A stretch of 64,000 bases of DNA from an uncultured Flavobacteriales bacterium (lineage in GTDB: Bacteria; Bacteroidota; Bacteroidia; Flavobacteriales_F; PHOS-HE28), in the NCBI GenBank assembly GCA_963706125.1, contig CAVPLQ010000003.1:151571-215570 (forward strand). The letters run 5' to 3'. The notes beneath the pieces are model-generated. The model was not told the origin of the DNA, made no database searches, and saw only the letters and a program-made list of their open reading frames with translations. This document shows, piece by piece, positions 41,406-54,120 of the stretch; positions within the stretch are counted from its first letter, which is position 1; the number at the start of each line of letters is the position of its first letter. Both the position numbers and the translations under genes were made by a program.

Positions 41406-42392
41406 ATGCGTGAAGCGGCGTTCGTAAAGCGGAACAACGGGAAGTGGCGTCGGCTGGAACTGCTGGTGGCAGGCCGCAGCGTGGACATCACCCCGGATGA
41501 GGCCAGTGCGCTGTACATCGAGCTCAACGACGACCTGAGCTACGCGCGCACCTTCTATCCGGGTGCCAAGGTCACGGGATACCTCAACACCTTGGCCGCG
41601 GGGATGCACCGGCACATCTACCGGAATCAGCGCACGGGCATGGGGCGTCTCATCTCGTTCTGGGTCACGGAGCTGCCCTTGCTGATGGCTTCCACGCGCA
41701 AGCAGTTGGCGATCGCCGCCGGGGTCTTTCTTGTTGCCGTGATCATCGGTGGCATCAGCGCGCGGTACGACGCTGACTTCACGCGGCTGGTCATGGGTGA
41801 CGGCTACGTGGACATGACCATGGAGAACATCAAAGAAGGCAAGCCCATGGGGGTCTATGGCAGCGCCCCGATGATGGACATGTTCTTCGGCATCACCTTC
41901 AACAACATCAAGGTCTCGTTCTATGCCTTCGCTTTGGGGCTGCTTTTGAGCTACGGCACCTGGATGATCCTCGTGCAGAACGGCATCATGCTGGGCACCT
42001 TCCAATACTTCATGTACGATCAAGGCGTGCTGCGCGAGAGCCTGATGGGCATCTGGTTGCATGGCACCGTGGAGATCAGTTGCATCGTGATCGCCGGGGC
42101 CGCCGGGATCGTGATGGGCAATAGCATCCTCTTCCCGGGAACGTATACGCGGCTGGCGAGTTTCCGGCGCGGTGCCTTGAAAGGCGTGAAGATCGTGATG
42201 GGCCTAGTGCCCTGCTTCATCTTGGCGGGCTTCATCGAATCCTTCATCACCCGGCGCAGCGCCACCATGCCGCCCGCGCTGAACATCGCAATCATCGGTG
42301 GCAGCCTTGCTTTCATCATTGGTTACTTCATCCTGTACCCCTACCATGTCGAACGGACCCAACAACTACATCGAGCTACGCCAACAGCGTGA
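41406..42392 (+). CDS. SpoIIM-like / DUF95 integral membrane protein
   Basis: Multi-TM protein. It sits in the conserved position of the RDD / DUF95 / DUF4129 / DUF4350 / MoxR / DUF58 cluster. Confidence 0.5.
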   Translation: MREAAFVKRNNGKWRRLELLVAGRSVDITPDEASALYIELNDDLSYARTFYPGAKVTGYLNTLAAGMHRHIYRNQRTGMGRLISFWVTELPLLMASTRKQLAIAAGVFLVAVIIGGISARYDADFTRLVMGDGYVDMTMENIKEGKPMGVYGSAPMMDMFFGITFNNIKVSFYAFALGLLLSYGTWMILVQNGIMLGTFQYFMYDQGVLRESLMGIWLHGTVEISCIVIAGAAGIVMGNSILFPGTYTRLASFRRGALKGVKIVMGLVPCFILAGFIESFITRRSATMPPALNIAIIGGSLAFIIGYFILYPYHVERTQQLHRATPTA

Positions 42393-43227
42393 CTTCAGCG
42401 CCGTGATCAGCACCGGCTTCCAGTTCATCCGCCAGAACTGGAAAACGCTCTACCGGCCACTGGTCTTCATTTGCCTGCCGGTGTACCTGGTGGCCTCGGT
42501 GCTCTTTGGCAACTTCTTCCGCACCATGTTCACCAGCTCCCAGGGCGGCAATATCGAAGGCATGATGGCCAGCATGGGCAGCATGATGATCGGCTATGTG
42601 CTCCTTCTGATCTCCATGCTGTTGCTCTATACCATGGTGTACGAATACATGCGCTTCTACATGGTGAACAACGGCTTGGCGCCCACCATGGGCGAACTGT
42701 GGAAGGAGGTAAGCCGACAACTGCCTTCGTACTTCGTGATCGGGCTGTTGGCCGGGATCATCGCTTCTTTCGGCGTGATCCTTCTGTTCGTAGGGGCCAT
42801 CTGGCTCAGCATCGTTTTTACCATGGCATTTCCGCTGCGCGCCTTCGAGCGCGCGGATATCGGCGATTGCATTGGGCGCTCCTTCAAGGTGATCAAGGGG
42901 CGCTGGTGGATGACCTTCGGGCTGGTGATCGTGCTCTCCATGCTGATCGGCTTCATCGGCTATATCATCTACCTGCCCTTTTTACTGCTTTCCGGCTTCG
43001 GGGCCATGAGCGGGATGGGCGGCATGGACGACCCGGCGGCCATGGGCGAGCGCATGGGCTGGCTGATGACACTGATGATGGCCTTGGGCGGGGTGATGAG
43101 CGTACTGTTGCAACCCTTCCTGCAAGTGCCCATCGGCCTGCACGCGCTATCGCTGATCGAGGAGAAGGAAGGCCGCGGGCTGTTGGAGCGCGTGGACGAG
43201 GTCAACGTGACGCCGCCCACCGCCTGA
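42346..43227 (+). CDS. Integral membrane protein, Met/Gly-rich, hypothetical
   Basis: At least 6 TM segments. It overlaps the upstream gene end. Confidence 0.45.
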   Translation: MSNGPNNYIELRQQRDFSAVISTGFQFIRQNWKTLYRPLVFICLPVYLVASVLFGNFFRTMFTSSQGGNIEGMMASMGSMMIGYVLLLISMLLLYTMVYEYMRFYMVNNGLAPTMGELWKEVSRQLPSYFVIGLLAGIIASFGVILLFVGAIWLSIVFTMAFPLRAFERADIGDCIGRSFKVIKGRWWMTFGLVIVLSMLIGFIGYIIYLPFLLLSGFGAMSGMGGMDDPAAMGERMGWLMTLMMALGGVMSVLLQPFLQVPIGLHALSLIEEKEGRGLLERVDEVNVTPPTA

Positions 43228-43251
43228 GCTGGCAAGCAAGCATCTCCTTCC

Positions 43252-44055
43252 GTGAGCCGCACGTCCGTTTCCCTTCTCGTCGCCCTGTTGGTGGCGGCAG
43301 CGCCCTGTGTTGCCCAAAGCGATAGCACCGCCACGGATAAAGATGCGGCCATTGATGCTGCGACCGCCAAAGACGCGGCCAAGGACAGCACGCTGGACAA
43401 GAATGACCGGGCGGTCATCGGTAATGATACCCTTTCGGTGCGCGCCGAGCAATTCGACACCACGGCGGTCCGCGCACTTCAGGCCGACCCGGAATACGAC
43501 TACGACCGCGACCTGCATGTCAACACGCTTTGGTGGGAACGCTTGAAGGAGTGGATCGGCCATTGGCTGCAAAGGCTCTTCGGCAGCAAGGCCGGTGGCT
43601 GGGTGTTCGGCCACTTGCACTGGGCGATCTTGGCCTTCGCGGTGATCTTCCTGCTGTTCTTCTTCCGGAAACGGCTCTTCCACAGTGTCCTCATCCCGGA
43701 GTCCGGCAGGCCGCGGCAGGTCACCGCCGTCGAGGAGAACATCGAAGCGCTCGATCTCGATAAGTTGCTCGCCAAGGCGGAAAAGGCGCAGGACTGGCGC
43801 ACGGCGCTGCGCTATCACTACCTCAAGGTGCTGCGGCAGTTGATGGACGAGGGCCTGATCAAATGGCAGCCGCGATACACGGACCGGGACTATCTGGGCC
43901 AACTGAAGGAACCCGCCAAGAACGCCGCTTTCAGTGAAGCCAGCTTCTTCTTCAAGTGGGCGTGGTACGGCAACGCCCCCATGGACGAGGCGCGCTATCG
44001 CGGCATGCTGCCTGCCTTTGTGCGCCTTCACACCCCGAACGGGAACGACCGATGA
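43252..44055 (+). CDS. DUF4129-domain protein with a signal peptide and one TM segment
   Basis: GTG start with signal peptide MSRTSVSLLVALLVAAAPCVAQ. A C-terminal DUF4129-like region reads DWRTALRYHYLKVLRQLMDEGLIKW. Confidence 0.5.
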   Translation: MSRTSVSLLVALLVAAAPCVAQSDSTATDKDAAIDAATAKDAAKDSTLDKNDRAVIGNDTLSVRAEQFDTTAVRALQADPEYDYDRDLHVNTLWWERLKEWIGHWLQRLFGSKAGGWVFGHLHWAILAFAVIFLLFFFRKRLFHSVLIPESGRPRQVTAVEENIEALDLDKLLAKAEKAQDWRTALRYHYLKVLRQLMDEGLIKWQPRYTDRDYLGQLKEPAKNAAFSEASFFFKWAWYGNAPMDEARYRGMLPAFVRLHTPNGNDR

Positions 44056-45281
44056 GCCGCACGGAAAAGATCATCCTCGCAGTGACACTAGCAGTGCTGG
44101 CATTGGTGGTCGTCTTGGAGCAGCTAACGCCGAAGGAGCCGAACTGGCAGCCCAGCTATACGCGGTACCGCACCGACCCCTTCGCCTGCGGCCTCGTGTA
44201 CGGCCGCCTCACGGACCTCTTCCCGCAGGGCATCACCACCGTGCGGGAACCTGTTTATGTCACCGCGCAGGAACGCTTGGCCACCGACAGCACGGAGCGG
44301 CCCGTGATCTACATCTTCATCAACGGCGAGTTCAATTTGAACGACCTGGATCTGGAGAACCTGTTGAAAATGGTGGACCGCGGCGATGACGCCTTTATCG
44401 CCGCGCAATACTTCCCGGACGAAATGATGGACACCCTCCGGTTCCGCACGGAATACCACTGGAAGAAGCCGGACAGCTTGGCCACCACCGCAGGGCTGAA
44501 TAAGCTCCTCCATGGGGATACCGGCTTGGTGCGCTTCACAAGCTGGCCCTTGCGCCAGGCCGGGGACTTCCAATTCGCGCACGGCGGCATCGACTACTTC
44601 TTCAAGAACTTCGGCATGGACAGCGTGCAGGTGCTGGCGGAAAACCAGCATCACGAGCCCGTGCTTCTGCGGATGCGCCACGGCAAAGGCTCCCTCTGGC
44701 TATGCACCGCACCGCGCGCCTTCACCGACTACTACCTGCTGAAGGACGGTGCGCGCGGCTTTATGGAAGGCGCCTTCAGCATGCTGCCGGACCGGCCCGT
44801 GCTGTGGGACGAATACTACAAGGTGGGCCGCGAGGGCAGCAGGACGCCCTTGCGCTACATCCTCTCCCAGCCCGCGCTGAAAGGGGCCTACTGGTCCGCC
44901 ATGGCCCTGTTGCTGCTCACCGTGCTCGTATACACGCGCCGCCGCCAGCGGGCAATACCCGTAGTAGCGCCCCCACGCAACACCAGCCGCGAATTCGCCG
45001 ACACCATGGGGCGCCTCTACTACTTCCGCGGCGACCATGCCGACATCGCGCGGAAGCTCACGGTGCAGTTCAAGGACGAGGTCCGCCGTAAACTGCGCCT
45101 GCATCGCACGGTCTGGGATGTGGAGACGATCCAGGAGATCGCCCTGCGCACCGGCATCAGCGAAGAAGAGCTCAACCACGCCAACCGCCTCATGGACCAC
45201 TACAACAAAGTGGAACAAGTCTCTGAAGAACAACTGCTAACCCTCAACAAGACCCTCAGCAGCCTGCGCAGCAGGCTGTGA
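44052..45281 (+). CDS. DUF4350-domain protein
   Basis: An N-terminal TM segment, then a DUF4350-like sequence. Its ATGA start overlaps the upstream stop. Confidence 0.5.
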   Translation: MSRTEKIILAVTLAVLALVVVLEQLTPKEPNWQPSYTRYRTDPFACGLVYGRLTDLFPQGITTVREPVYVTAQERLATDSTERPVIYIFINGEFNLNDLDLENLLKMVDRGDDAFIAAQYFPDEMMDTLRFRTEYHWKKPDSLATTAGLNKLLHGDTGLVRFTSWPLRQAGDFQFAHGGIDYFFKNFGMDSVQVLAENQHHEPVLLRMRHGKGSLWLCTAPRAFTDYYLLKDGARGFMEGAFSMLPDRPVLWDEYYKVGREGSRTPLRYILSQPALKGAYWSAMALLLLTVLVYTRRRQRAIPVVAPPRNTSREFADTMGRLYYFRGDHADIARKLTVQFKDEVRRKLRLHRTVWDVETIQEIALRTGISEEELNHANRLMDHYNKVEQVSEEQLLTLNKTLSSLRSRL

Positions 45282-45321
45282 GGGTAAAGGCGATGCATGC
45301 ATCGCCTCAACACTCGAAAAC

Positions 45322-46312
45322 ATGGAAGAAGAAACCACCAATCCCGACTACTCCCCCGGCCTCCCACTCGCCGAACTGCGTGACGCCGCCGGGCGCATCC
45401 GCAATGAGATACAGCGCGTCATCATCGGGCAGCACGCTGTGATCGACCAGCTCATCATCGCGCTGCTCAGCGACGGCCATGTGCTGATCGAGGGCATGCC
45501 CGGCGTGGCCAAGACGCTTGCCGCGAAACTGCTGGCCCGCACCGTGGCAACGGGCTTCAGCCGGATCCAGTTCACCCCGGACCTGATGCCCAGCGACGTC
45601 ATCGGAACCAGCATCTTCGACCCGCGCACGAACACCTTCGCCTTCAAGCCCGGCCCCATCTTCAGCAACATCGTGCTGGTGGACGAGATCAACCGCGCAC
45701 CGGCCAAGACGCAGAGCGCGCTCTTCGAGGTGATGGAGGAGCGGCAGGTCACCGTTGACGGCGTGACGCACCCCGCTGGCGTACCGTTCATGATCGTGGC
45801 CACGCAAAACCCCATCGAGCACGAGGGTACCTACCGCCTGCCGGAAGCCCAGTTGGACCGCTTCCTTTTCAAGATCGACATGGGGCATCCCTCGCTGGAG
45901 GAGGAAGAACAGTTGCTGCTGCGGGCGCAGGAAGGTCCCCATCGCTTGGAGGCAAGCCAAGTGCAGGCGGTGATCACCACGGAGGAACTTGCACGGCTGC
46001 GCGCACTGATCGACCATGTGCGCTGCGACGCCAAGCTCGTGCGCTACATCGCGGAGATCGACCCACGCCACGCGCAACGACAGTTCACTGATGCTGGGTG
46101 CCTCCCCGCGCGCCAGCCTCGCCGTGCAACGCGCCTCCAAGACGGTGGCCGCCATGCAAGGCCGCGATTTCGTCGTGCCAGAGGATATTCAGCAGGTGCT
46201 GCCGGCCATCCTGCGCCACCGCATCCTGCTCACCCCCGAGCGCGAGATGGAAGGTTTGCGCCCTGATGAAGTGGTCGAACAGGTCATCGCCAAAGTGCCC
46301 GTTCCCCGGTGA
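45322..46312 (+). pseudogene. MoxR-family AAA+ ATPase carrying a single +1 frameshift near 46055
   Basis: Walker A is GMPGVAKT and Walker B is VLVDEINRA. The protein continues in the +1 frame (ORF 46016-46312) as ...NDSSLMLGASPRASLAVQRASKTVAAMQGRDFVVPEDIQ. Confidence 0.6.
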
Positions 46313-47643
46313 AACGGATCGTCACATCGCTTTTTCTCACCCGGCGCTTTTTCGGCCTCGGATGGGGTGTCGTGGTGCTTTTCGTCGCGGCATTCCTCCT
46401 GCCCGTGCTGCTGCCTTTGGCGGTGTTGGCCGCCGGGCTGTTGGCCATCGGGACCGTGCTGGATCTCAGCCGGCTTTTCGGGGTCCGGGAGGGCATCGCG
46501 GCATCACGTCACACCTTGGCCAAGTGGAGCAACGGCGATGAGAACCCCGTGACCGTGGAGGTGAGGAACCGCTACAACTTCTCCGTGCATGTGCGGGTGC
46601 TGGACGAGCTGCCGGCACAACTGCAGGAGCGCGGCTTGGACCTGAGGCGGCGCATTCCCGGCGGCTCGATGGCACAACTCGCGTACATGGTGCGGCCGCT
46701 CACCCGTGGCGTGTATGCCTACGGTGCGATCAACGTGCTGGTGCGGACCGGATGGGGCATGGCCGAGCGGCGCTACAAGCAGGAACAGGGGCGCGAGATC
46801 GCCGTGTATCCCAGCTACATCCACCTGCGGAAGTACGAGCTGATGGCCGAGGCCGACCTCTTCAGCATGTCCGGCGTGCGCAAGGTGCGGCGCAGTGCGC
46901 AGCGGAGCGAGTTCGAGCAGATCCGCGACTACATCCCCGGTGACGACCGCCGCACCGTGAACTGGAAGGCCACCGCGCGCAGGGCGAAGCTGATGGTAAA
47001 CCAATACCAGGACGAGAAAGCGCAGCAGATCGTCTCGCTGATCGACACCGGCCGCACCATGAAGATGCCCTTCGGCGGCCTCACGCTGCTGGACCGCGCC
47101 ATCAACGCCGCCCTCGTGCTCAATGACATCGCCCTCAAGAAGGACGACAAGGTGGGCATCATCACGTACAGCAACACGGTACATAACGTGCTACCCCCGG
47201 CCCGTGACCGCGGCTGGATGCACCGCGTGATGGAATTGCTCTACGCCCAGCGCACCGACTTCGCGGAGACCGACATCGAGGCGCTCTTCCTCCGCGTGAA
47301 GCGCACCGTGGCCCAGCGCAGCCTGCTGGTGCTGTACACCAACTTCGAGAGCCTCTCCGCCATGCGGCGGCAACTGCCCTTTCTGCAACTGCTCGCCCGG
47401 GCGCACTTGGTGGCCGTGGTGATCTTTCGCAACACCGAGCTGGACCAGCTGCTCCTTCCGCCGGACAAGGACACCATGGACGTGTATGTGAAGGCCGTCA
47501 CCCGCATGTTCATCCGCGAAAAGGAACTGATCGCCAAGGAACTCGAGAGCCATGGCGTGCTCACCATCCTCACACCGCCGGAGGAGCTGAGCGTGAACGT
47601 GCTGAACAAGTACTTGGAGATCAAGGCTCGGGGAATGCTGTAA
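46309..47643 (+). CDS. DUF58-domain (vWA-like) protein, MoxR partner
   Basis: Two N-terminal TM segments and DUF58 conserved blocks. Its start overlaps the MoxR stop. Confidence 0.6.
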   Translation: MKRIVTSLFLTRRFFGLGWGVVVLFVAAFLLPVLLPLAVLAAGLLAIGTVLDLSRLFGVREGIAASRHTLAKWSNGDENPVTVEVRNRYNFSVHVRVLDELPAQLQERGLDLRRRIPGGSMAQLAYMVRPLTRGVYAYGAINVLVRTGWGMAERRYKQEQGREIAVYPSYIHLRKYELMAEADLFSMSGVRKVRRSAQRSEFEQIRDYIPGDDRRTVNWKATARRAKLMVNQYQDEKAQQIVSLIDTGRTMKMPFGGLTLLDRAINAALVLNDIALKKDDKVGIITYSNTVHNVLPPARDRGWMHRVMELLYAQRTDFAETDIEALFLRVKRTVAQRSLLVLYTNFESLSAMRRQLPFLQLLARAHLVAVVIFRNTELDQLLLPPDKDTMDVYVKAVTRMFIREKELIAKELESHGVLTILTPPEELSVNVLNKYLEIKARGML

Positions 47644-47660
47644 GCTTTTCCCCAATGTGA

Positions 47661-49649
47661 TCACTCCTTCACGAACTGTTGCCTGCTCATCTCCGTGCCG
47701 CTCCGAACGGAAAGCACATAGACCCCGGTGTTCAGGCTGGAAACATCCACATGACCGCGGTCCAGTGTTCCTTGCAGCACACGCTTCCCGGTCACGTCCA
47801 AAACCTCGAACGGATCGTTCAGCGCAACATCCCCGCCGATCACCGTCAGGACATCCTTCACCGGGTTCGGGAACAAGCCGAAAGCATGCTCCGATGCGGC
47901 ATCCGCGATACCGGTGGTAAGGGTCATGCCCTCCGTAATGGTCATCGCTTGGTCCACCTCGGCGGAAGAGAACTCATCAACAATGCCGGAGGGCCAATGC
48001 ACCGTCACCCCGGTGATGACCGAGTCCGTGCCAAAACCGAAGTGGGCATTGAGACTGCTCATGTACCGGAAGCCATCACCACTGCGGATGTCCCTGATCT
48101 GCGAACCAAGTTCGCTGGAGACCTGGACCCGGGCGCCGATGCCGTTCCTGTTGCTCACCGTACCGATCAGGTTTACCGTGAGCCAATGGTTGTCATTGCC
48201 TTGGTTCATCATGGCCGTGCTGCCGACGACGATATCCAGGAAGCCGTCATTATTGAGGTCGCCGATGGGGCCGTTCTGCGGTGCCGTGTTGTCCGGTGAA
48301 AAGGTGAGGTCGCCGTTGTTGTAGTGGATGGCACCACCGCCGATGATGTCCAGGTATCCGTCATTGTTGAAGTCACGGGTGTTCCATTCAATGCTCTGCC
48401 CACCGAAGCTGTCGAAGCCCGAACCGGTGGTGATGTTGGTGAAAGTGCCGTCCCCATTGTTCCGCATCAATTTGTGGAAGCTGCTGGAGCTGGATCCCAC
48501 GAGCACGTCCATGTCGCCATCGTTGTCGAAGTCGCCCCATGCGCTGGACCAGCTCTGGTGGTTGTCCGCGAATCCCAATGCGGCGGCCATGCTGGTGAAG
48601 GTGCCGTCCCCGTTGTTGCGCATCAGGATGTCCACGGGATCGCAGCCGCACTTGGCCACGAAGAGGTCCATGTCACCATCATTGTCATAATCCACCCAGA
48701 TGCTCCCATAGTTGCCGCAGGTGACCCCGAACTGGCCCTGCCCAAAGGTGAGCGTACCCGTGCCATCGTTCATGTAGTAGACATTCGCGTTCACATCGTG
48801 GCACATGAAGGCGTCCAGATTCCCGTCATTGTTGATGTCGATCATGTTGCCCCGTTGGCTGAACACATATTGCGGAAAGTTCTGCACCATATAATCGGTG
48901 CCGGTGCTGTTCGCCATCAGGAAAGAAACTCCGCTGCCGTTGCCGTACTGGAGGTCGTTATAGCCGTTCCCGTCCAGGTCGCCTGCCGCCATGCTCCATG
49001 TGGCCGGGAATTGCACGTTACCTGTGGGATAATTATGTGCCGTCATACCGCCCGTGACCCCTTGCTGCAAGATGTTGATGTTCGAACCGGTGACCGAGAC
49101 CATGTCGTCCAGAAAATCCCCGTTCATGTCAACGGCACCGTAGCTGTACCCTGAGACCCCCGAGAACGTCTGCGGAGTGAAGGCCACTGTACCCTCGGCC
49201 GGTGGCGGCGGAGTGATCACCACGTTTTCCTCTAGGGTGAAGTCAAAGGTGTTGGAGTTCCATTTGTTGTCGAACGCTATGATGTATGTGGTCCCTGCGA
49301 CCACATTGAACGTTGCAAGCGAGGTTAGATTTACTCCGCCATCATCGTCGCCTGCATAACAAAGCAAGGCGCCGCATCCGCCGGTGTAGACATGAAAGCG
49401 CGTATCGAGGCCGCTGGCTTCCGTGCTTACTGTGACCGCTGTATCAATGGCAGGCGTGTAACTATACCACGCACCCATGGTAGCTCCTTCCCCATATTGC
49501 GAACAGATGGGCAGGGGCACTTCCGAGCCGCTGACAAAGTTCACGGTGTACGTGTCCGGTGTGATCGGCAACGCCGTGGCGCAGGTGGTCTGGGCATCGG
49601 CCTGGGACAGAAGCAGGCCAGCGACGGAAAGGAGCAGTGTTTTCTTCAT
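47661..49649 (-). CDS. FG-GAP / VCBS-repeat (CRTAC1/UnbV-like) secreted protein with a T9SS C-terminal domain
   Basis: Signal peptide MKKTLLLSVAGLLLSQADAQ. Repeated DxDxDGxxD calcium-binding-like FG-GAP motifs. The C-terminal domain reads FGLFPNPVKDVLTV...GVYVLSV...FVKE. Confidence 0.7.
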   Translation of the reverse strand: MKKTLLLSVAGLLLSQADAQTTCATALPITPDTYTVNFVSGSEVPLPICSQYGEGATMGAWYSYTPAIDTAVTVSTEASGLDTRFHVYTGGCGALLCYAGDDDGGVNLTSLATFNVVAGTTYIIAFDNKWNSNTFDFTLEENVVITPPPPAEGTVAFTPQTFSGVSGYSYGAVDMNGDFLDDMVSVTGSNINILQQGVTGGMTAHNYPTGNVQFPATWSMAAGDLDGNGYNDLQYGNGSGVSFLMANSTGTDYMVQNFPQYVFSQRGNMIDINNDGNLDAFMCHDVNANVYYMNDGTGTLTFGQGQFGVTCGNYGSIWVDYDNDGDMDLFVAKCGCDPVDILMRNNGDGTFTSMAAALGFADNHQSWSSAWGDFDNDGDMDVLVGSSSSSFHKLMRNNGDGTFTNITTGSGFDSFGGQSIEWNTRDFNNDGYLDIIGGGAIHYNNGDLTFSPDNTAPQNGPIGDLNNDGFLDIVVGSTAMMNQGNDNHWLTVNLIGTVSNRNGIGARVQVSSELGSQIRDIRSGDGFRYMSSLNAHFGFGTDSVITGVTVHWPSGIVDEFSSAEVDQAMTITEGMTLTTGIADAASEHAFGLFPNPVKDVLTVIGGDVALNDPFEVLDVTGKRVLQGTLDRGHVDVSSLNTGVYVLSVRSGTEMSRQQFVKE

Positions 49650-49915
49650 GGGTCGTTTGGGTTCTTTGGGCGGGGTCGTCTTGCAATTGACGGACGCGGC
49701 AGGGAGGCTGAAGGAACACCACCATTCCACCTTCCGGCCCGTCAAGATAAGTCAAGGACGTAAGTGAAAGGAAAAAGGTGGCTTCAGGGAGCGGCGTTGC
49801 CGCAAGTATCTTGCGGCCAAAACCACGATCGCGGTCCCGGCACCGGAATATGCTGGAACTCAACCTTCACCCCCGATCACCGTTCAAAGCGTTTTACAAG
49901 TAAAGGACCGTACCC

Positions 49916-52379
<2,464 letters not shown>

Positions 52380-52388
52380 GATAGTCCC

Positions 52389-53441
52389 CTACCCCAACGA
52401 CTTCATATCGATCACGAAGCGGTAGCGCACATCGCTTTTCAGCATGCGCTCGTAGGCCGTGTTGATCTGGTCCATAGGGATCAGCTCGATGTCGCTGAGC
52501 ACATCGTGCTTGGCGCAGAAGTCCAGCATCTCCTGCGTTTCCTTGATGCCGCCTATGAGGGAGCCGGCCAGTTGGCGGCGTTGCAGCACGAGCGAGCTGG
52601 CGTGGATGGGTGCGGCATCGGGCATACCTACCAGCACCATGGTTCCGCCCCGGTGCAGCAGGCCGAGGTAGGCATTGTAATCGTGTGGCGCAGAGACGGT
52701 ATCCAAGATGAAGTCGAATCGCTTGGCGTTCTTCTTGAAGGCATCGGCATCCTTGGAGAGCAGGAAGTCGTCGGCGCCCAAGCGCTCGGCATCGGCCTGT
52801 TTGCTGGCGGAATGGCTGATCATGGTGACGTGCGCGCCCATGGCCTTGGCGTTCTTCACGCCCATGTGGCCCAGACCACCGAGGCCCACGATGCCCACCT
52901 TGTCGCCCGCCTTAACATCGAAACGGCGCAAGGGCGAATAGGTGGTGATGCCCGCGCACAACAGCGGTGCCGTACGGTCCAACGGCATGCCTTCCGGGAT
53001 CCGCAGCACGAAATCCTCATTCACCACGATGCCGGTGGAATAGCCGCCATGGGTCACCGTTCCATCACCGTATCGGTCCATGGAATTGTAGGTGCCGGTC
53101 ATGCCATTCTCACAAAACTGTTCCTCGTGTTCCTTGCAGGAAGCACAGGTCCGGCAGCTGTTCACCATGCAGCCCACGCCTACTTGTTGGCCCACCTTCC
53201 AGCGGCTCACCTCGCTGCCCACGGCGGCGACCGTGCCCACGACCTCATGGCCCGGTACGATCGGGTAGCGCGTGCCGCCCCATTCGTCGCGTACCGCATG
53301 CACATCCGAATGGCAGACGCCGCAATAGGCGATCTCGATAGCGACATCATTTGGACCTGGGGCACGACGTTCGATGGTGACCGGCTCAAGGGGCGATGTG
53401 GCGTTTTGTGCAGCGTAGGCTTTTGTGGTTGACATGGCCAC
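52389..53441 (-). CDS. Zn-dependent NAD(P)-alcohol dehydrogenase (cinnamyl-ADH-like MDR family)
   Basis: It contains GVCHSDVH, GHEVVG, a structural-zinc motif CxxCxxCxxxxxxxC, and GLGGLGHMG. Confidence 0.8.
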   Translation of the reverse strand: MAMSTTKAYAAQNATSPLEPVTIERRAPGPNDVAIEIAYCGVCHSDVHAVRDEWGGTRYPIVPGHEVVGTVAAVGSEVSRWKVGQQVGVGCMVNSCRTCASCKEHEEQFCENGMTGTYNSMDRYGDGTVTHGGYSTGIVVNEDFVLRIPEGMPLDRTAPLLCAGITTYSPLRRFDVKAGDKVGIVGLGGLGHMGVKNAKAMGAHVTMISHSASKQADAERLGADDFLLSKDADAFKKNAKRFDFILDTVSAPHDYNAYLGLLHRGGTMVLVGMPDAAPIHASSLVLQRRQLAGSLIGGIKETQEMLDFCAKHDVLSDIELIPMDQINTAYERMLKSDVRYRFVIDMKSLG

Positions 53442-53542
53442 AAAGGTCGTCGATCCTTGAGGACATGAAGGAAGTTGCCATCAGATCGTACCGTAGCAAG
53501 GGCAGTGACAGCCCTGATTTCCTCCGCTCCTACCTTTGCTCC

Positions 53543-54073
53543 ATGACCGAAAAGAAAGGGATCACCATGGACAAGGCCTTCGCGGCCCTGTTGAGCGAGG
53601 ACGATGCCAAAGCTTTGGACGCGCTGGCAGTGATCCATGAAAAGGGGGACGCCAACTCCATCTTTCCACTGTTACATGCATTGGCAGCAACAGAAGAACC
53701 GGCGCGCCAGCGCCGTATTCAGGCCTTGCTCTTTCAAGTTAAGGTGAAGGACGCCGCAGCCGAGCTGGGCCGTGCGCTGGAGGTGCCGGAACTACTGGAC
53801 GTACGAAAGACCGTGATCGCGGCTTTCTGGAACGCCGGGCTCGACGCGGGGCCGTACACGGAACGGTTGGTGCAGATCGCCACTGAAGGCGATGCCCATG
53901 AAACCTTCGAGGTGCTCACGGTGATCGAAAACCAGGAATTGCTGCCGGAGAAGGCGGCGCGGCTGGGGTTGGCACACTTGAAAAATGCCGTGGTCGCGGA
54001 GCCGGACGAATACAAGAAAGCACTGCTCGAAGACCTGCGCACGGTGCTGGAGGACCGGCTCGGCGTGAAGTAG
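53543..54073 (+). CDS. Hypothetical helical protein. The start is uncertain; alternatives are 53465 and 53567.
   Basis: Open frame divergent from the ADH gene. No recognisable family. Confidence 0.35.
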   Translation: MTEKKGITMDKAFAALLSEDDAKALDALAVIHEKGDANSIFPLLHALAATEEPARQRRIQALLFQVKVKDAAAELGRALEVPELLDVRKTVIAAFWNAGLDAGPYTERLVQIATEGDAHETFEVLTVIENQELLPEKAARLGLAHLKNAVVAEPDEYKKALLEDLRTVLEDRLGVK

Positions 54074-54120
54074 ATCCGACGGATCGAAAGGTGTGCATGA
54101 AGGCTTGACCTATTTCCACC

